IMG/VR virus record: IMGVR_UViG_3300029873_000387
Source: a virus
Taxonomy: Duplodnaviria > Heunggongvirae > Uroviricota > Caudoviricetes
DNA length: 64,000 bases
Reading direction: 5' to 3' (one strand)
In this document: one piece after another, positions 46,182 through 55,254 of the stretch
How the letters are laid out: every line of letters begins with the position of its first letter
How positions within the stretch are numbered: the stretch's first letter is position 1
The notes under the pieces: generated by a model
What the model saw: only the letters and a program-made list of their open reading frames with translations
The model's database searches: none
What the model was told of the DNA's origin: nothing
Translations under genes and position numbers: made by a program

Positions 46182-46272
46182 TGGCGGGGAGTGTAGGATT
46201 TGAACCCACGGACGGCTCATCACCGTCAACGGTTTTCAAGACCGCCGCCATAAGCCACTCGGCCAACTCCCC
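46182..46272 (-). tRNA. tRNA-Ser (anticodon UGA), type II
   Basis: GGGGAGT-TGGCCGAGTGGCTTATGGC-GGCGGT-CTTGAAA-ACCGTT-...long variable arm...-GGGTTCAAATCC-...-ACTCCCC-G-CCA. Confidence 0.85.
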
Positions 46273-46288
46273 ATAAAAGAAGGGCGGG

Positions 46289-46954
46289 TCATTTCAGACC
46301 GCCGCCCTTAATATCATTCCAAAAACCACCGCTAAACTCGTCATCGTCCACCGGATAACCGGCATCATCCTCATACGGGAACTCCGTATAGACCTCGCAG
46401 CCAGTTTCTTCATCCGTGATAATCATGGGGCGGTAAATGGATAAGCACTGCTCCTGTGCGAGGTACTCCAAGAAGTGGTCTAATACCTCGTTTACGAACA
46501 TTTCTCCATATGTATCCATGATTTCAGGGCTGTTATCTATTGACTCCTGCAAGACCACGGACAGGAAATCACACAAAGCAAGAGAAAGCTCGTCCTCACG
46601 CTCATACTGCGCATCCTCCATATCCTGCCGAGTCAAATCCTCCGGCTCTTCTTCCGGCGGTTCCGGCGGGCACTTCTTCCCGTCAACAATCATAATAGGA
46701 AAAAGATATTGTGCATACAGGCGCTTTGCCGCTTCGTTACACCCTGTTTCGGTCAGAACACACTCTTCGTACTCTGGCTTTGCATCACCCTTGCACACAG
46801 AAAACAAAGGAAGCGCATTATCCTCGGTAAGATAAACCGCATACTGTGTGTCTGTGTTCTCTGCGATGACGACCATTTCCTTTGACAAACGGTCTTTATG
46901 ACTTTGGAAGAAAGTCCACGCTGTATTTGCGGCTACATAAATATGAACCCCCAC
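46289..46954 (-). CDS. Hypothetical acidic protein
   Basis: 221-aa ORF. Confidence 0.5.
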   Translation of the reverse strand: MGVHIYVAANTAWTFFQSHKDRLSKEMVVIAENTDTQYAVYLTEDNALPLFSVCKGDAKPEYEECVLTETGCNEAAKRLYAQYLFPIMIVDGKKCPPEPPEEEPEDLTRQDMEDAQYEREDELSLALCDFLSVVLQESIDNSPEIMDTYGEMFVNEVLDHFLEYLAQEQCLSIYRPMIITDEETGCEVYTEFPYEDDAGYPVDDDEFSGGFWNDIKGGGLK

Positions 46955-46982
46955 GGTAAATAACCTCCTTGCGAGTTAAAAT

Positions 46983-47058
46983 TGGTGCCCCCGATGGGGC
47001 TCGAACCCATGACACCCGCCTTAAAAGGGCGGTGCTCTACCAGCTGAGCTACGGAAGC
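46983..47058 (-). tRNA. tRNA-Lys (anticodon UUU)
   Basis: GCTTCCG-TAGCTCAGCTGGTAGAGC-A-CCGCC-CTTTTAA-GGCGG-GTGTC-ATGGGTTCGAGCCCCAT-...-CACCA. Confidence 0.85.
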
Positions 47059-47198
47059 ATAAACCGGCTGTTACGGGGCGCCCAGAAAGGTGGACACGCT
47101 TGGATTCCACAGCAGCTTTGCCGTTTGAAAGGAAGGCGATGAACGACGGACGAAAAGGAGAGAGCTGCTGAAAGGACACAACACCGTGGCAAAGCTAA

Positions 47199-47282
47199 TG
47201 GTGCAGGATAAGAGACTCGAACTCTTACGCCAAAGGCAGCGGGACTTGAATCCGCTGTGTCTGCCAATTCCACCAATCCTGC
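47199..47282 (-). tRNA. tRNA-Leu (anticodon CAA), type II
   Basis: GCAGGAT-...-GCGGA-TTCAAGT-CCCGC (one A/C mismatch closes the anticodon stem)-...-GAGTTCGAGTCTC-TTATCCTGC-A-CCA. With a fully paired stem the loop would be 9 nt, so the stem is drawn with a mismatch. Confidence 0.75.
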
Positions 47283-47410
47283 ATATGAGAGTGGCTTTAA
47301 GGTCAGCCAACCACCATCTGACTAACTATTTTGTCATTACAGGCGTACTCTCTATTGGAAAGCCGTTAGCCTGTAATCTTGCCCCAGTCATGTTTGTTGG
47401 AAGGGCTCCG

Positions 47411-47497
47411 TGGTGCGGGTAGTGAGACTTGAACTCACACGCCCCGACGGGCACAAGCACCTCAAGCTTGCCTGTCTGCCGATTCCAGCATACCCGC
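47411..47497 (-). tRNA. tRNA-Leu (anticodon GAG), type II
   Basis: GCGGGTA-...-CAAGC-TTGAGGT-GCTTG-...-GTGAGTTCAAGTCTCAC-TACCCGC-A-CCA. Confidence 0.85.
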
Positions 47498-47513
47498 ATA
47501 AGACCAGAATCTT

Positions 47514-47726
47514 TTACTCAACAATCAGGATAATAGAACTCCCACGCCGGGGAAGACACCACTTTCTAATTGTGGCACACTTCACTTCAGGTTTCATGTA
47601 ACGCTCATCGTCGATGGCTCCGCTATACAGCGTTTCACAAAGGCCGTTTGTGTTACGCCGAACCAACAGACTATCAACCCGAGAATCCAGAGAAAAGTGT
47701 GCTCTTATGAAATCCAGAACCGTCAT
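47514..47726 (-). CDS. Small hypothetical protein
   Basis: 70-aa ORF. Confidence 0.35.
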   Translation of the reverse strand: MTVLDFIRAHFSLDSRVDSLLVRRNTNGLCETLYSGAIDDERYMKPEVKCATIRKWCLPRRGSSIILIVE

Positions 47727-48046
47727 GAAGTGACCTCCTTTGCGAAAGTTTCAAAGAGCTTGTCCAGTTCTGTTGCATCAACTTCAAGCTCGTCACTGTC
47801 GTCAATGCGCTTAATATCGCTGGGCGCAACGAACCATCCGTACCCGTGAGAACACGATTCCCGACAGTCATGACCTCCGACAACCTCCTCGTCCCATCTA
47901 ACCCCGATATGCGGGAAGGTGTCAACGATAATGCAGACAACGCCCTGCATCCCAACAGAGATACTATCGTTATCATCAGGCGAATCTCGGATACATTCGA
48001 CTCTATCGCCGACATTAAGGGTATCAGCAATCATGTCCTCGCCCAT
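47723..48046 (-). CDS. Small Cys/His-containing phage protein (possibly DUF4314-like)
   Basis: Start at MGEDMIADTLNVGDRVECI...GVRWDEEVVGGHDCRESCSHGYGWFV. Confidence 0.4.
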   Translation of the reverse strand: MGEDMIADTLNVGDRVECIRDSPDDNDSISVGMQGVVCIIVDTFPHIGVRWDEEVVGGHDCRESCSHGYGWFVAPSDIKRIDDSDELEVDATELDKLFETFAKEVTS

Positions 48047-48207
48047 CTTCTTCCTCCTCAAAATGCTTGATGATTTCTGCAATGGAGTAATCATCCCACC
48101 ATCCGCCAGAATACTGGACAGCGGAACCGAAGAAACCCCGTTTAACAACAACTGTCTTGTTGGGAATGTCGATATACACTCTTATCCGTCGCATTCTAAC
48201 CCTCCAT

Positions 48208-49026
48208 TTATCTCCAGTTGGTGGACACGCGGCCATCCGGATGGATAATGATATTGGAATAGCCGTCACCATAATCATTGTGACGCTGCTGCCACATATC
48301 ACCGAGTGTTACACGGGCGTGTTTTCCTGCATAGTCAAAGGTTGCGTACACAAAGAAATCACCGATTCTGAATGTGTGTACATCAACATCCGCATCCTGC
48401 TGCAAATCGTTCCAGATGTCTACGGGGTAATCCTTCTTTTCAAGGCCACTCAGGAACCGGAAAGAAAAGCTGCTGGCATCCATCTCCATGTAGTCCTTGA
48501 TAGAAGCAAGCGTAGGATTCTCAACTATCGTTTGAACTGTACACCCCGGAAAACCAGCCGGGTCTGTCCAGACATAATCGTTGCGTGAAAGGTTGATGTG
48601 TGCCAGTCCATTTAACTCCGTGCTGAAACCCGTGGTGTTGATGGAGCAAAACACATCATTACCGTTCTTACGATAAGTCTCAACGATATTGGCGATGTGC
48701 TTGGGATAAAGGCCGGGTTCGCCGCCCGTGATAGACAGCCGTGCGTTGGGATGCTCCTGCAAAACCCGCTTCAACGCCTCGATTTGTGCATCGAAATCAT
48801 TGTCTCCCGACATAGGGTTCTGCCGTTCCAAGCAGAAGGGGCAGTGGAACGGACACTCCTGTGTCGTAATCATCTGGACATTGATGCGGTAATAGAGAGG
48901 GCGTCCGAGAGAAGTTTTGGCTGTCCTGTTCGCCAGCCTATACTGCAAGTCGTTGCTCATTTCGGCCCGGATTTCCTCGTAGGAAGATATGTGTGGTATG
49001 TAGTTCATCTTGCTGCTCATCGGCAC
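48208..49026 (-). CDS. Radical SAM enzyme
   Basis: CPFHCPFC (CX3CX2C) and SITGGEP (SAM glycine-rich motif). 272 aa. Confidence 0.75.
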   Translation of the reverse strand: MPMSSKMNYIPHISSYEEIRAEMSNDLQYRLANRTAKTSLGRPLYYRINVQMITTQECPFHCPFCLERQNPMSGDNDFDAQIEALKRVLQEHPNARLSITGGEPGLYPKHIANIVETYRKNGNDVFCSINTTGFSTELNGLAHINLSRNDYVWTDPAGFPGCTVQTIVENPTLASIKDYMEMDASSFSFRFLSGLEKKDYPVDIWNDLQQDADVDVHTFRIGDFFVYATFDYAGKHARVTLGDMWQQRHNDYGDGYSNIIIHPDGRVSTNWR

Positions 49027-49046
49027 CCCTCCTTATGAATTGTTTC

Positions 49047-49247
49047 TCAGCCTCTGCCCACCAAGAGGAAGGCTATAAATGCGACAAGAACCGTTATTAC
49101 GACACTGTCATAAGCTACTCGAACATAGTTATCAGTTCTCATTCGCTCCATCTTTGTACGGAGGCGCTGGATTTCTTCGTTCTTGCTTTCACGCTCAAAT
49201 TTGTATCGGTAATACGCATCACCGGATATAAAATCATTACGCTCCAT
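49047..49247 (-). CDS. Small membrane protein
   Basis: 66 aa with a C-terminal TM segment VVITVLVAFIAFLLVG. Confidence 0.4.
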   Translation of the reverse strand: MERNDFISGDAYYRYKFERESKNEEIQRLRTKMERMRTDNYVRVAYDSVVITVLVAFIAFLLVGRG

Positions 49248-49275
49248 ACTTTTGCCTCCTTACCAAAGTCATGTT

Positions 49276-49668
49276 TTATTGAATGCCATCTATCCACACC
49301 TCTATTGTGCGGCGATTTGCAAACTGTTTGCAGAGTTCCTCGATAGATATACCATGCGCTTTTGCGTCCGCTTTCATTGCCGCAAACTGGTCTTTATATT
49401 TCTTGACCATTTTTTCAAGTGTAAGGAAACGCTCTTTGTCCGCAGGATAGAAAACAATATCATCTAATCGAACTTCGTCGATATTGCCAGAGTGAAATAT
49501 TGCCTTCCAGCAGTCCTTGCACGGCTCATCCAGTGGCGATACTTGGTGGTTTATGCAATTACTGCAACAGACGACCACGCCATTTACCTTAATTGGTTTC
49601 ATCGGTTGTCCTCCTTTGCAATAAGGTAGCTGTTTTTTAGGGTTTTTCGCGCTGCCGCAGATTTCCAC
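49276..49668 (-). CDS. Cys-rich hypothetical protein
   Basis: 130 aa (CKGG...CCSNCINH...CKDC). Confidence 0.45.
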   Translation of the reverse strand: MEICGSAKNPKKQLPYCKGGQPMKPIKVNGVVVCCSNCINHQVSPLDEPCKDCWKAIFHSGNIDEVRLDDIVFYPADKERFLTLEKMVKKYKDQFAAMKADAKAHGISIEELCKQFANRRTIEVWIDGIQ

Positions 49669-49829
49669 GCATTGTCCTTACCGTCTACCCCTAATGCCAC
49701 ATGGGGTCACAGACCCTAAACACTTCTGCTCTGTGCCGGTTGTGTTCTGATACCGGAAAACATCCTGGAGACTTTGTTTAACCTTGTTGCTCCAGTCCTC
49801 AAGGGTAACTCGGCAAGTGGCTTGCCTAT

Positions 49830-49905
49830 TGGTGGAGATAGTCGGACTTGAACCGGCGACCCTCTGCGTGCAAAGCAGATGCTCTCCCAACTGAGCTATA
49901 TCCCC
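49830..49905 (-). tRNA. tRNA-Ala (anticodon UGC)
   Basis: GGGGATA-TAGCTCAGTTGGGAGAGC-A-TCTGC-TTTGCAC-GCAGA-GGGTC-GCCGGTTCAAGTCCGAC-TATCTCC-A-CCA. The G3:U70 alanine identity pair is present. Confidence 0.85.
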
Positions 49906-50032
49906 ATCTCGGAAGCGGCTTAAAACCCTTTGCTACTCAGCCGCATGATGTTCCCCAATTTGCTGCTTCCTGCACTCTGGAAATACAGGACATTCTTTGC
50001 TCCAGAAACAAAGCATGAACATCGTTCCCTAT

Positions 50033-50122
50033 TGGTGGGAAAGGTTGGATTTGAACCAACAAGGGTTGCGCAACTTCCCAGGGCTTAACTCACCCCGCGT
50101 CTAACCGTTTCGCCACTTTCCC
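50033..50122 (-). tRNA. Type II (long variable arm) tRNA with a non-canonical anticodon loop; identity unresolved
   Basis: GGGAAAG-TGGCGAAACGGTTAGACGC-GGGGTGAGTTAAGCCCTG-...-GGTTCAAATCC-AACCTTTCCC-A-CCA. The anticodon arm folds with either a 9-nt loop (TGAGTTAAG) or a 7-nt loop (GAGTTAA) that lacks U33. Confidence 0.55.
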
Positions 50123-50596
50123 GGATTGCTCGTCTGTCCGAACCGCCAAGCGTCTTTCCGCTTTGCCATACTTACTCGGAGGTCATATATATAAACAACT
50201 CGTTACCGCCCAGCCAAGTGGTACTCCCCACGGTCACATATACACCCGACAAACCATTGCCCTTGGATTTTGCAAAAGGTTGGTGTTTATGCTTTAGTAT
50301 TTGAGCTTTCTTCAATAAAAGCTTTAAGAGTTGAGCGTTGAATATTTAATTTTGAGTTTTGAACTTTACAGTTCAAATGCCGCCGCTCCCGGTTAGCTCT
50401 CTATGTCTAACCAGTCAGAAGCACGGCGGCTATGTTCATCCAAAAATGTAGATTTGATTTTGTTAGAACCTTTTAACAAAATTAAATATCAGCATAGCAG
50501 GCTGGAGCCAATTCTTTTTCACTTTACTTATCTGTACTTGGCAAAACAGAGAAGGCATATGATTCGGGGTTTTCGGACGGCAACGAAGTTGATTGC

Positions 50597-50869
50597 TTAA
50601 ACGGTTCCGGAAAACTCGTCTGTCACGATTGCTGTGTGTTTCTTACGCCTGTTGAGCAGTTCGATGAGGGACTCCTCAACATTATCCAGCAAATCGGAGT
50701 AGACACTTCCGTAGAGCTTTGCTTCATTGTCCGGCTCCCGTTCGTCATCTTCGGGAGAGGGAACCTTGATGTTGTAGGTGTCAAGGACATCCTCAAACAT
50801 CTCGACAATGAGCATCGCTTCATCGCGGGTATAGATGGTGCCGCTTTGCGGCTTGCACACCTCGCTCAT
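50597..50869 (-). CDS. Small acidic hypothetical protein
   Basis: 90-aa ORF. Confidence 0.4.
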   Translation of the reverse strand: MSEVCKPQSGTIYTRDEAMLIVEMFEDVLDTYNIKVPSPEDDEREPDNEAKLYGSVYSDLLDNVEESLIELLNRRKKHTAIVTDEFSGTV

Positions 50870-50870
50870 A

Positions 50871-51512
50871 TCAGTAGGAGATTTCCAACTCGGTCAGCGC
50901 ATTGGAAACCGACAGAGCGGAGTCAATCTCGACCATGAAGTCGTTGATTTCCTTTTCCAGACAAGCCATCTCATCGGCGATGTGAATGGGGTCAACGATT
51001 TCCATCGTCTGTGCGGCGATGAAGTCGGCACGGACTTTCTTGATTTCGTCACTGGCACCCTTCATATCGACATTGCCGTAGAGAGACTTGACATACTCAT
51101 CGGCACGCAGCTCCAGAACATCACCATTGTTCTTATCGGCCTCCATGCGGGCACGGCGATTGTCACTGTCCAACTTCTTGAGCAGCATCTGCTTCAGGGG
51201 AACGCCGTGGTTCTTCAGCTCGATTGCCTCGGCAACCGTGTACTCTTTGCCGCCGATGGTCACCTTGACGGTGGCGTTGGACAGCGTGACCGCACGCTTA
51301 ATAGCATCACGGCGGGCAATGAGGTCGTTTGCGGATTGGTAAGAAGCCTGAACTTCCTTACAATAATCGCCGACACTCACACCGGCAACCTTGCTGTTGG
51401 CGTGCTTGTTGGCAAAAACGAAAGGGTTCTGCTGCATACACTTCTGGATACGGGAATCCAGCGTCTTGAGCTCACACAGCGCCTTATGGACAGTCATCTT
51501 TTCAGTAGTCAT
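50871..51512 (-). CDS. Hypothetical protein
   Basis: 213-aa ORF, Lys/Ala/Glu-rich helical. Confidence 0.5.
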   Translation of the reverse strand: MTTEKMTVHKALCELKTLDSRIQKCMQQNPFVFANKHANSKVAGVSVGDYCKEVQASYQSANDLIARRDAIKRAVTLSNATVKVTIGGKEYTVAEAIELKNHGVPLKQMLLKKLDSDNRRARMEADKNNGDVLELRADEYVKSLYGNVDMKGASDEIKKVRADFIAAQTMEIVDPIHIADEMACLEKEINDFMVEIDSALSVSNALTELEISY

Positions 51513-51546
51513 AAACTTGTTCTCCTAATCTTTGATTTTTGATAAA

Positions 51547-51828
51547 TTACTTGCCGCGCTCAACGGCTGCTTTCAAACCCTCACTGGGCTTGAAGAATGG
51601 AACCCGTTTGGCAGGAATCGGGACAGGCACATTGGCTTTGGGATTTCTGCCGACCCTCGGCGCTCGTTCTCTTGCCTCAAAAACGCCCAGCTCCGTCAGC
51701 TTGATTTTCTCACCGGCAGACAAAGTGTCTGTGATGATTTGAAAAACAGCATCCAAAGCAACACGGGCGTTTACCTTTGTCATCCCTGTGCGCTGTGCGA
51801 GAGCAGAAATCATCTCTTCCTTGTTCAA
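51547..51828 (-). CDS. HU/IHF-family DNA-binding protein
   Basis: GVFEARERAPRVGRNPKANVPVPIPAKRVPFFKPSEGLK matches the HU arm signature (R.GRNP.T...I.A..VP.FK.GK.LK). Confidence 0.8.
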   Translation of the reverse strand: MNKEEMISALAQRTGMTKVNARVALDAVFQIITDTLSAGEKIKLTELGVFEARERAPRVGRNPKANVPVPIPAKRVPFFKPSEGLKAAVERGK

Positions 51829-51869
51829 TAAATCAGCCCCTTTCCTTTATTGGATGAACCGTAAGCCAG

Positions 51870-52475
51870 TCAACCCGCTTTCAGTTCGCTATATGCTTCC
51901 TGCATGGTATCGGCAGAAAACTGAAACTCGCCATCGAGAAAAACCTCGATATGCCCATTGATATGACGGAACTCATACATACCGCCGACCTCCAATCCTC
52001 TATCAAGAATGAAATCATATCGTTCCATAATGTCGTCTATGTAATTGTTGTCAGGGTTATATACCATATAGGACAGAAAAACTGTTCCATCCCGCATCTG
52101 GTAATCCCCAATCTTGTACGGGATATAGCAGCCATCTGTCGGGCAGGCAATATACCATCCGCTATTTGCCGAGGAGTTCAAAATCACGCCATCACCGGCT
52201 TCAGCATTTATCGCCATGCCAATACAACGCTCAATGACTGTGATACCGTTGCGGTTTTCCAGCAGTTCTGTGGTCAACTCAGATGAATCGACAAGCCGAT
52301 AGCCGCGCAAACCATTCGCCTCCAGCGCAGACAGGAAGCCATTCTCAATTTCCTCGTAATGGTTGATTTCCGTTTCACCGCCGTAGACGCTTACCGTCAG
52401 TGTTTGCGGAGGTTTGGAACAACCACAGCAGGAAACCATGAGTAAAATCAAAAGGAAAGACCAGAACTTTTTCAT
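51870..52475 (-). CDS. Lipoprotein
   Basis: Start at MKKFWSFLLILLMVSCCGC (signal peptide + lipobox), preceded by an AAAGGGG RBS. Confidence 0.6.
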   Translation of the reverse strand: MKKFWSFLLILLMVSCCGCSKPPQTLTVSVYGGETEINHYEEIENGFLSALEANGLRGYRLVDSSELTTELLENRNGITVIERCIGMAINAEAGDGVILNSSANSGWYIACPTDGCYIPYKIGDYQMRDGTVFLSYMVYNPDNNYIDDIMERYDFILDRGLEVGGMYEFRHINGHIEVFLDGEFQFSADTMQEAYSELKAG

Positions 52476-52983
52476 TGTAAGCCCCTTTCCATTGTTGATA
52501 ACGGGAGGAAGTTTCACCAAACGGATACAGCCGCGATACTCCGACTTCCAAGGATGCACTTTTTAATCTTATCCCGTGGTCATGGCAGCATTTCCATAAC
52601 ACTTGGACACTTTCGTAGTCCCCAACGCCTTGTAAAGCTTTCAGAATTTTGGGTGCCCCCTCACTTACCTTCACTAATACAAGGACTAAGCGTTAAGCGG
52701 AAAACCACTCCACGGAATCGTACCGTGCCAGCCTTACGGCATCGAACCTCGCTTCAAGGTGAACCATGTTTCCCCGATAATCAGATACACTCCGCCAAAG
52801 CCATATCGCCGGATTTCAAAGATTCCGTGGATACCAAAGTGCCAAACCATATTGCCTCCTATGTGTCTGCGAACCATTCACCATGACCGTTCTGAAACTC
52901 CTGTCGTTTTTCATATCAGAAAACACTGCAATTTATTGCGCTGAGTTCGACAGTTCTATGGTGAAAGGCGGCAAACTGAGAAA

Positions 52984-53202
52984 TCAGAGGATTACAATTT
53001 GCTTTGAGAAAAGCATATATAACCCGATAGGGGCGATGAGAAGAACCGCCGTGCAGTCTTTTTCCTCCGGCGTAACTCCGGTGGACGCAAGCCAAAACAT
53101 CAGGGCGCAAATTGCGATGAGTGCAATACCCATCAGCTTCTGCACGACGACTTTCCGGCGGCGTTGGTTTCTTGTGAGCGATTTTCTTGCATAACCTGCC
53201 AT
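52984..53202 (-). CDS. Small membrane protein
   Basis: 72 aa with two hydrophobic segments. Preferred over the overlapping Arg-rich 137-aa ORF in another frame. Confidence 0.35.
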   Translation of the reverse strand: MAGYARKSLTRNQRRRKVVVQKLMGIALIAICALMFWLASTGVTPEEKDCTAVLLIAPIGLYMLFSKQIVIL

Positions 53203-53365
53203 ATCGGAACCCTCCCACTATGTAATTACCACACTCTGCGTTTACACGGGCTTGTGACCGTTTATCGAAAACTCGATAAGCCGCATTACGGCAACCGCAC
53301 TGGCTCCCCACCTCATTTAACGCCGCCAATTTCCCTTTTACATACGGCGTACCAATGCGAAAAAC

Positions 53366-53557
53366 TTATATATCAGCGTAAGCGGAATGACCGCTTCCCC
53401 ATTTGACCAAAACTCGTGGGCAAGACACATTTCCGATGATGGTCACGCCATCGGAGCAGCGGGCGATATGCCGCCCATCCTCGTGAGAAAACCTCACAGC
53501 AGAACCGGAACGGTTCACAAGCCCTTTTACCCGTTCTTTGAAAACATCATAGGACAT
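53366..53557 (-). CDS. Small hypothetical protein
   Basis: 63-aa ORF. Confidence 0.3.
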   Translation of the reverse strand: MSYDVFKERVKGLVNRSGSAVRFSHEDGRHIARCSDGVTIIGNVSCPRVLVKWGSGHSAYADI

Positions 53558-53678
53558 ATGAAAAACTCCTTTTGTGGATTGGCGGCTTTAGGCATAAGAA
53601 AAACCGCCGGACGATTACCCATTCTACAAAACTGCCAGCATTGGCATGGGTTCGGCGGCGGTTCTTCAAAACCCGCAG

Positions 53679-54428
53679 TTAGTTGTCTTTCTTGGTACGA
53701 TAGTCCAACTCGTAGGACTTGCCGGTGACGATGCGATGGCAAACCTCAGCCAGATAATTGCGGAAATACCGGTGATTGGAACAGGTGACGGTCAGAGCCT
53801 TGCGGTTCTTCTTGGAATACACGGACATAAGGAAGTTGACATCGTGAGATGTCGCCTTATACTGCTCGCCCAGCATGGCGGTGATAACCGTCTGCAAAGT
53901 CTTGAGCAGATTGGTCTTGCTCACGGGGTTCTTGCCCATGTCAAACTCGCGGGCAATCTCGCTCATGGCATAACTATCATTGACCGCTTTGGGGTCGATA
54001 CCCAAATCTACGGCTTTCTGCGCGGTCAGCAGAAAGTTCATCTTCTGGGCGATATGCGCCCAATTCTCGTTGGCACCGATTTTGCCGCAATACTTGTGGA
54101 GCTTGAGCAGGTCAATCTGACGCTCTTTATCCACGATAGTGCGGACGGGAACCTTGTCATCGCCCTTCTGCTCGTCCTTGACCCCGATGGTAACATAGGA
54201 CAAGGTCGTGACTGCGGTGAGCATGGGATTATCAGTGTTTTTGCAGTCCTCAAAGCACATATCCCGGACAGTAGCGGTGTACTCGTTGACCTTTTCGGTC
54301 ATAGCCTTTTCCGCTTTGGTTGCGTCCTCATACTTGCCGTTCTGGATTGCATCATTGTAATCCTTGACAAGGGCTTCGGCGTCAGAGCGCAACTGTGCCA
54401 ATTTGGCGATGTTTTCTTCTCTGGTCAT
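53679..54428 (-). CDS. Hypothetical protein
   Basis: 249-aa ORF. Last minus-strand gene before the GC-rich island. Confidence 0.5.
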   Translation of the reverse strand: MTREENIAKLAQLRSDAEALVKDYNDAIQNGKYEDATKAEKAMTEKVNEYTATVRDMCFEDCKNTDNPMLTAVTTLSYVTIGVKDEQKGDDKVPVRTIVDKERQIDLLKLHKYCGKIGANENWAHIAQKMNFLLTAQKAVDLGIDPKAVNDSYAMSEIAREFDMGKNPVSKTNLLKTLQTVITAMLGEQYKATSHDVNFLMSVYSKKNRKALTVTCSNHRYFRNYLAEVCHRIVTGKSYELDYRTKKDN

Positions 54429-54986
54429 TTTGAAATGCCCCTTTCACAGTTTTTTCTTGGGTGATAACAGGTTTATCACTCAATGAAGCCGCCGAAGAAA
54501 ACCCTCGGCGGCTCTATCAATGATAAACCCGATATTTGAAATGGTTCCGGCTCTGCATTTCGGCGCATGGGGTATATTTTTCCCCACAGCCGTTGCAGTA
54601 TCGAACGGAACACGCACCATTTCCGATACTCATTTCTATCGGGGACTGTTCTGTTCAATTCGCAATACTTGACCAAATTCGGCTTTCATACCTATATGCC
54701 CTTGCTTTCGGCTCCTCGGAGCGCAATACCCTTGGGTAGAAAACTCGGACGATACTACTTACTTTCAAAAGTCGTTCTTGTATAGCCATCAGTTATGCAA
54801 GCCGCACTTAGGTTCATAGGCGCAAACCTCCGGGGATTTTCACTATCTCGTACCATGAGCCTAACTCTCATGCACCGGCGACGCCTTTGATAGCAAAGGT
54901 ACTCTATTGACATTCGCTCAATAGTGCGTTGACTTGCCATTCCCGGAAGTGGCGAACATCTCCGCTTGTATTCCGTGGCTTGCCTT

Positions 54987-55163
54987 GTGGGGTCTTGCCC
55001 TACACCCTTAACCGCAAGGGGTGTACCCTGTGTGCGGCGGGGTCTGTGGGGTCTTGCCCTACACCCTTAACCGCAAGGGGTGTACCCTGTGTGCGGCGGG
55101 GTCTGTGGGGTCTTGCCCTACACCCTTAACCGCAAGGGGTGTACCCTGTGTGCGGCGGGGTCT
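54987..55163. repeat. Three perfect tandem copies of a 59-bp unit (GTGGGGTCTTGCCCTACACCCTTAACCGCAAGGGGTGTACCCTGTGTGCGGCGGGGTCT)
   Basis: Directly visible. Each unit contains the inverted repeat TACACCC...GGGTGTA. A 19-bp fragment (CGCAAGGGGTGTACCCTGT) recurs at 56390-56408, upstream of the sigma-like gene. Confidence 0.85.
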
Positions 55164-55192
55164 GTGGGGCGTTCCTTGCGGTTGCGGGTGGT

Positions 55193-55230
55193 CTGTCCAA
55201 AAAGAAAGGGCGGGGGCGTTGTGCCCCCGC
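55193..55230 (-). terminator. Rho-independent terminator of the sigma-like gene
   Basis: On the minus strand: GGCGGGGGCacaacGCCCCCGCCC followed by TTTCTTTTTGG. Confidence 0.55.
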
Positions 55231-55254
55231 CTTGTGTGCGGTGTCGTGTTCGGT

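Noticed and set aside
52916-53329. 137-aa ORF on the minus strand
   Set aside because: It has an Arg/Gly/Cys-rich low-complexity composition and overlaps a more plausible 72-aa two-TM membrane protein ORF (52984..53202) in another frame.
54987-55163. Possible CRISPR array suggested by the identical repeated units
   Set aside because: The 59-bp units are directly abutting with no unique spacers, there are only three of them, and no cas genes are nearby. This is a plain tandem repeat.
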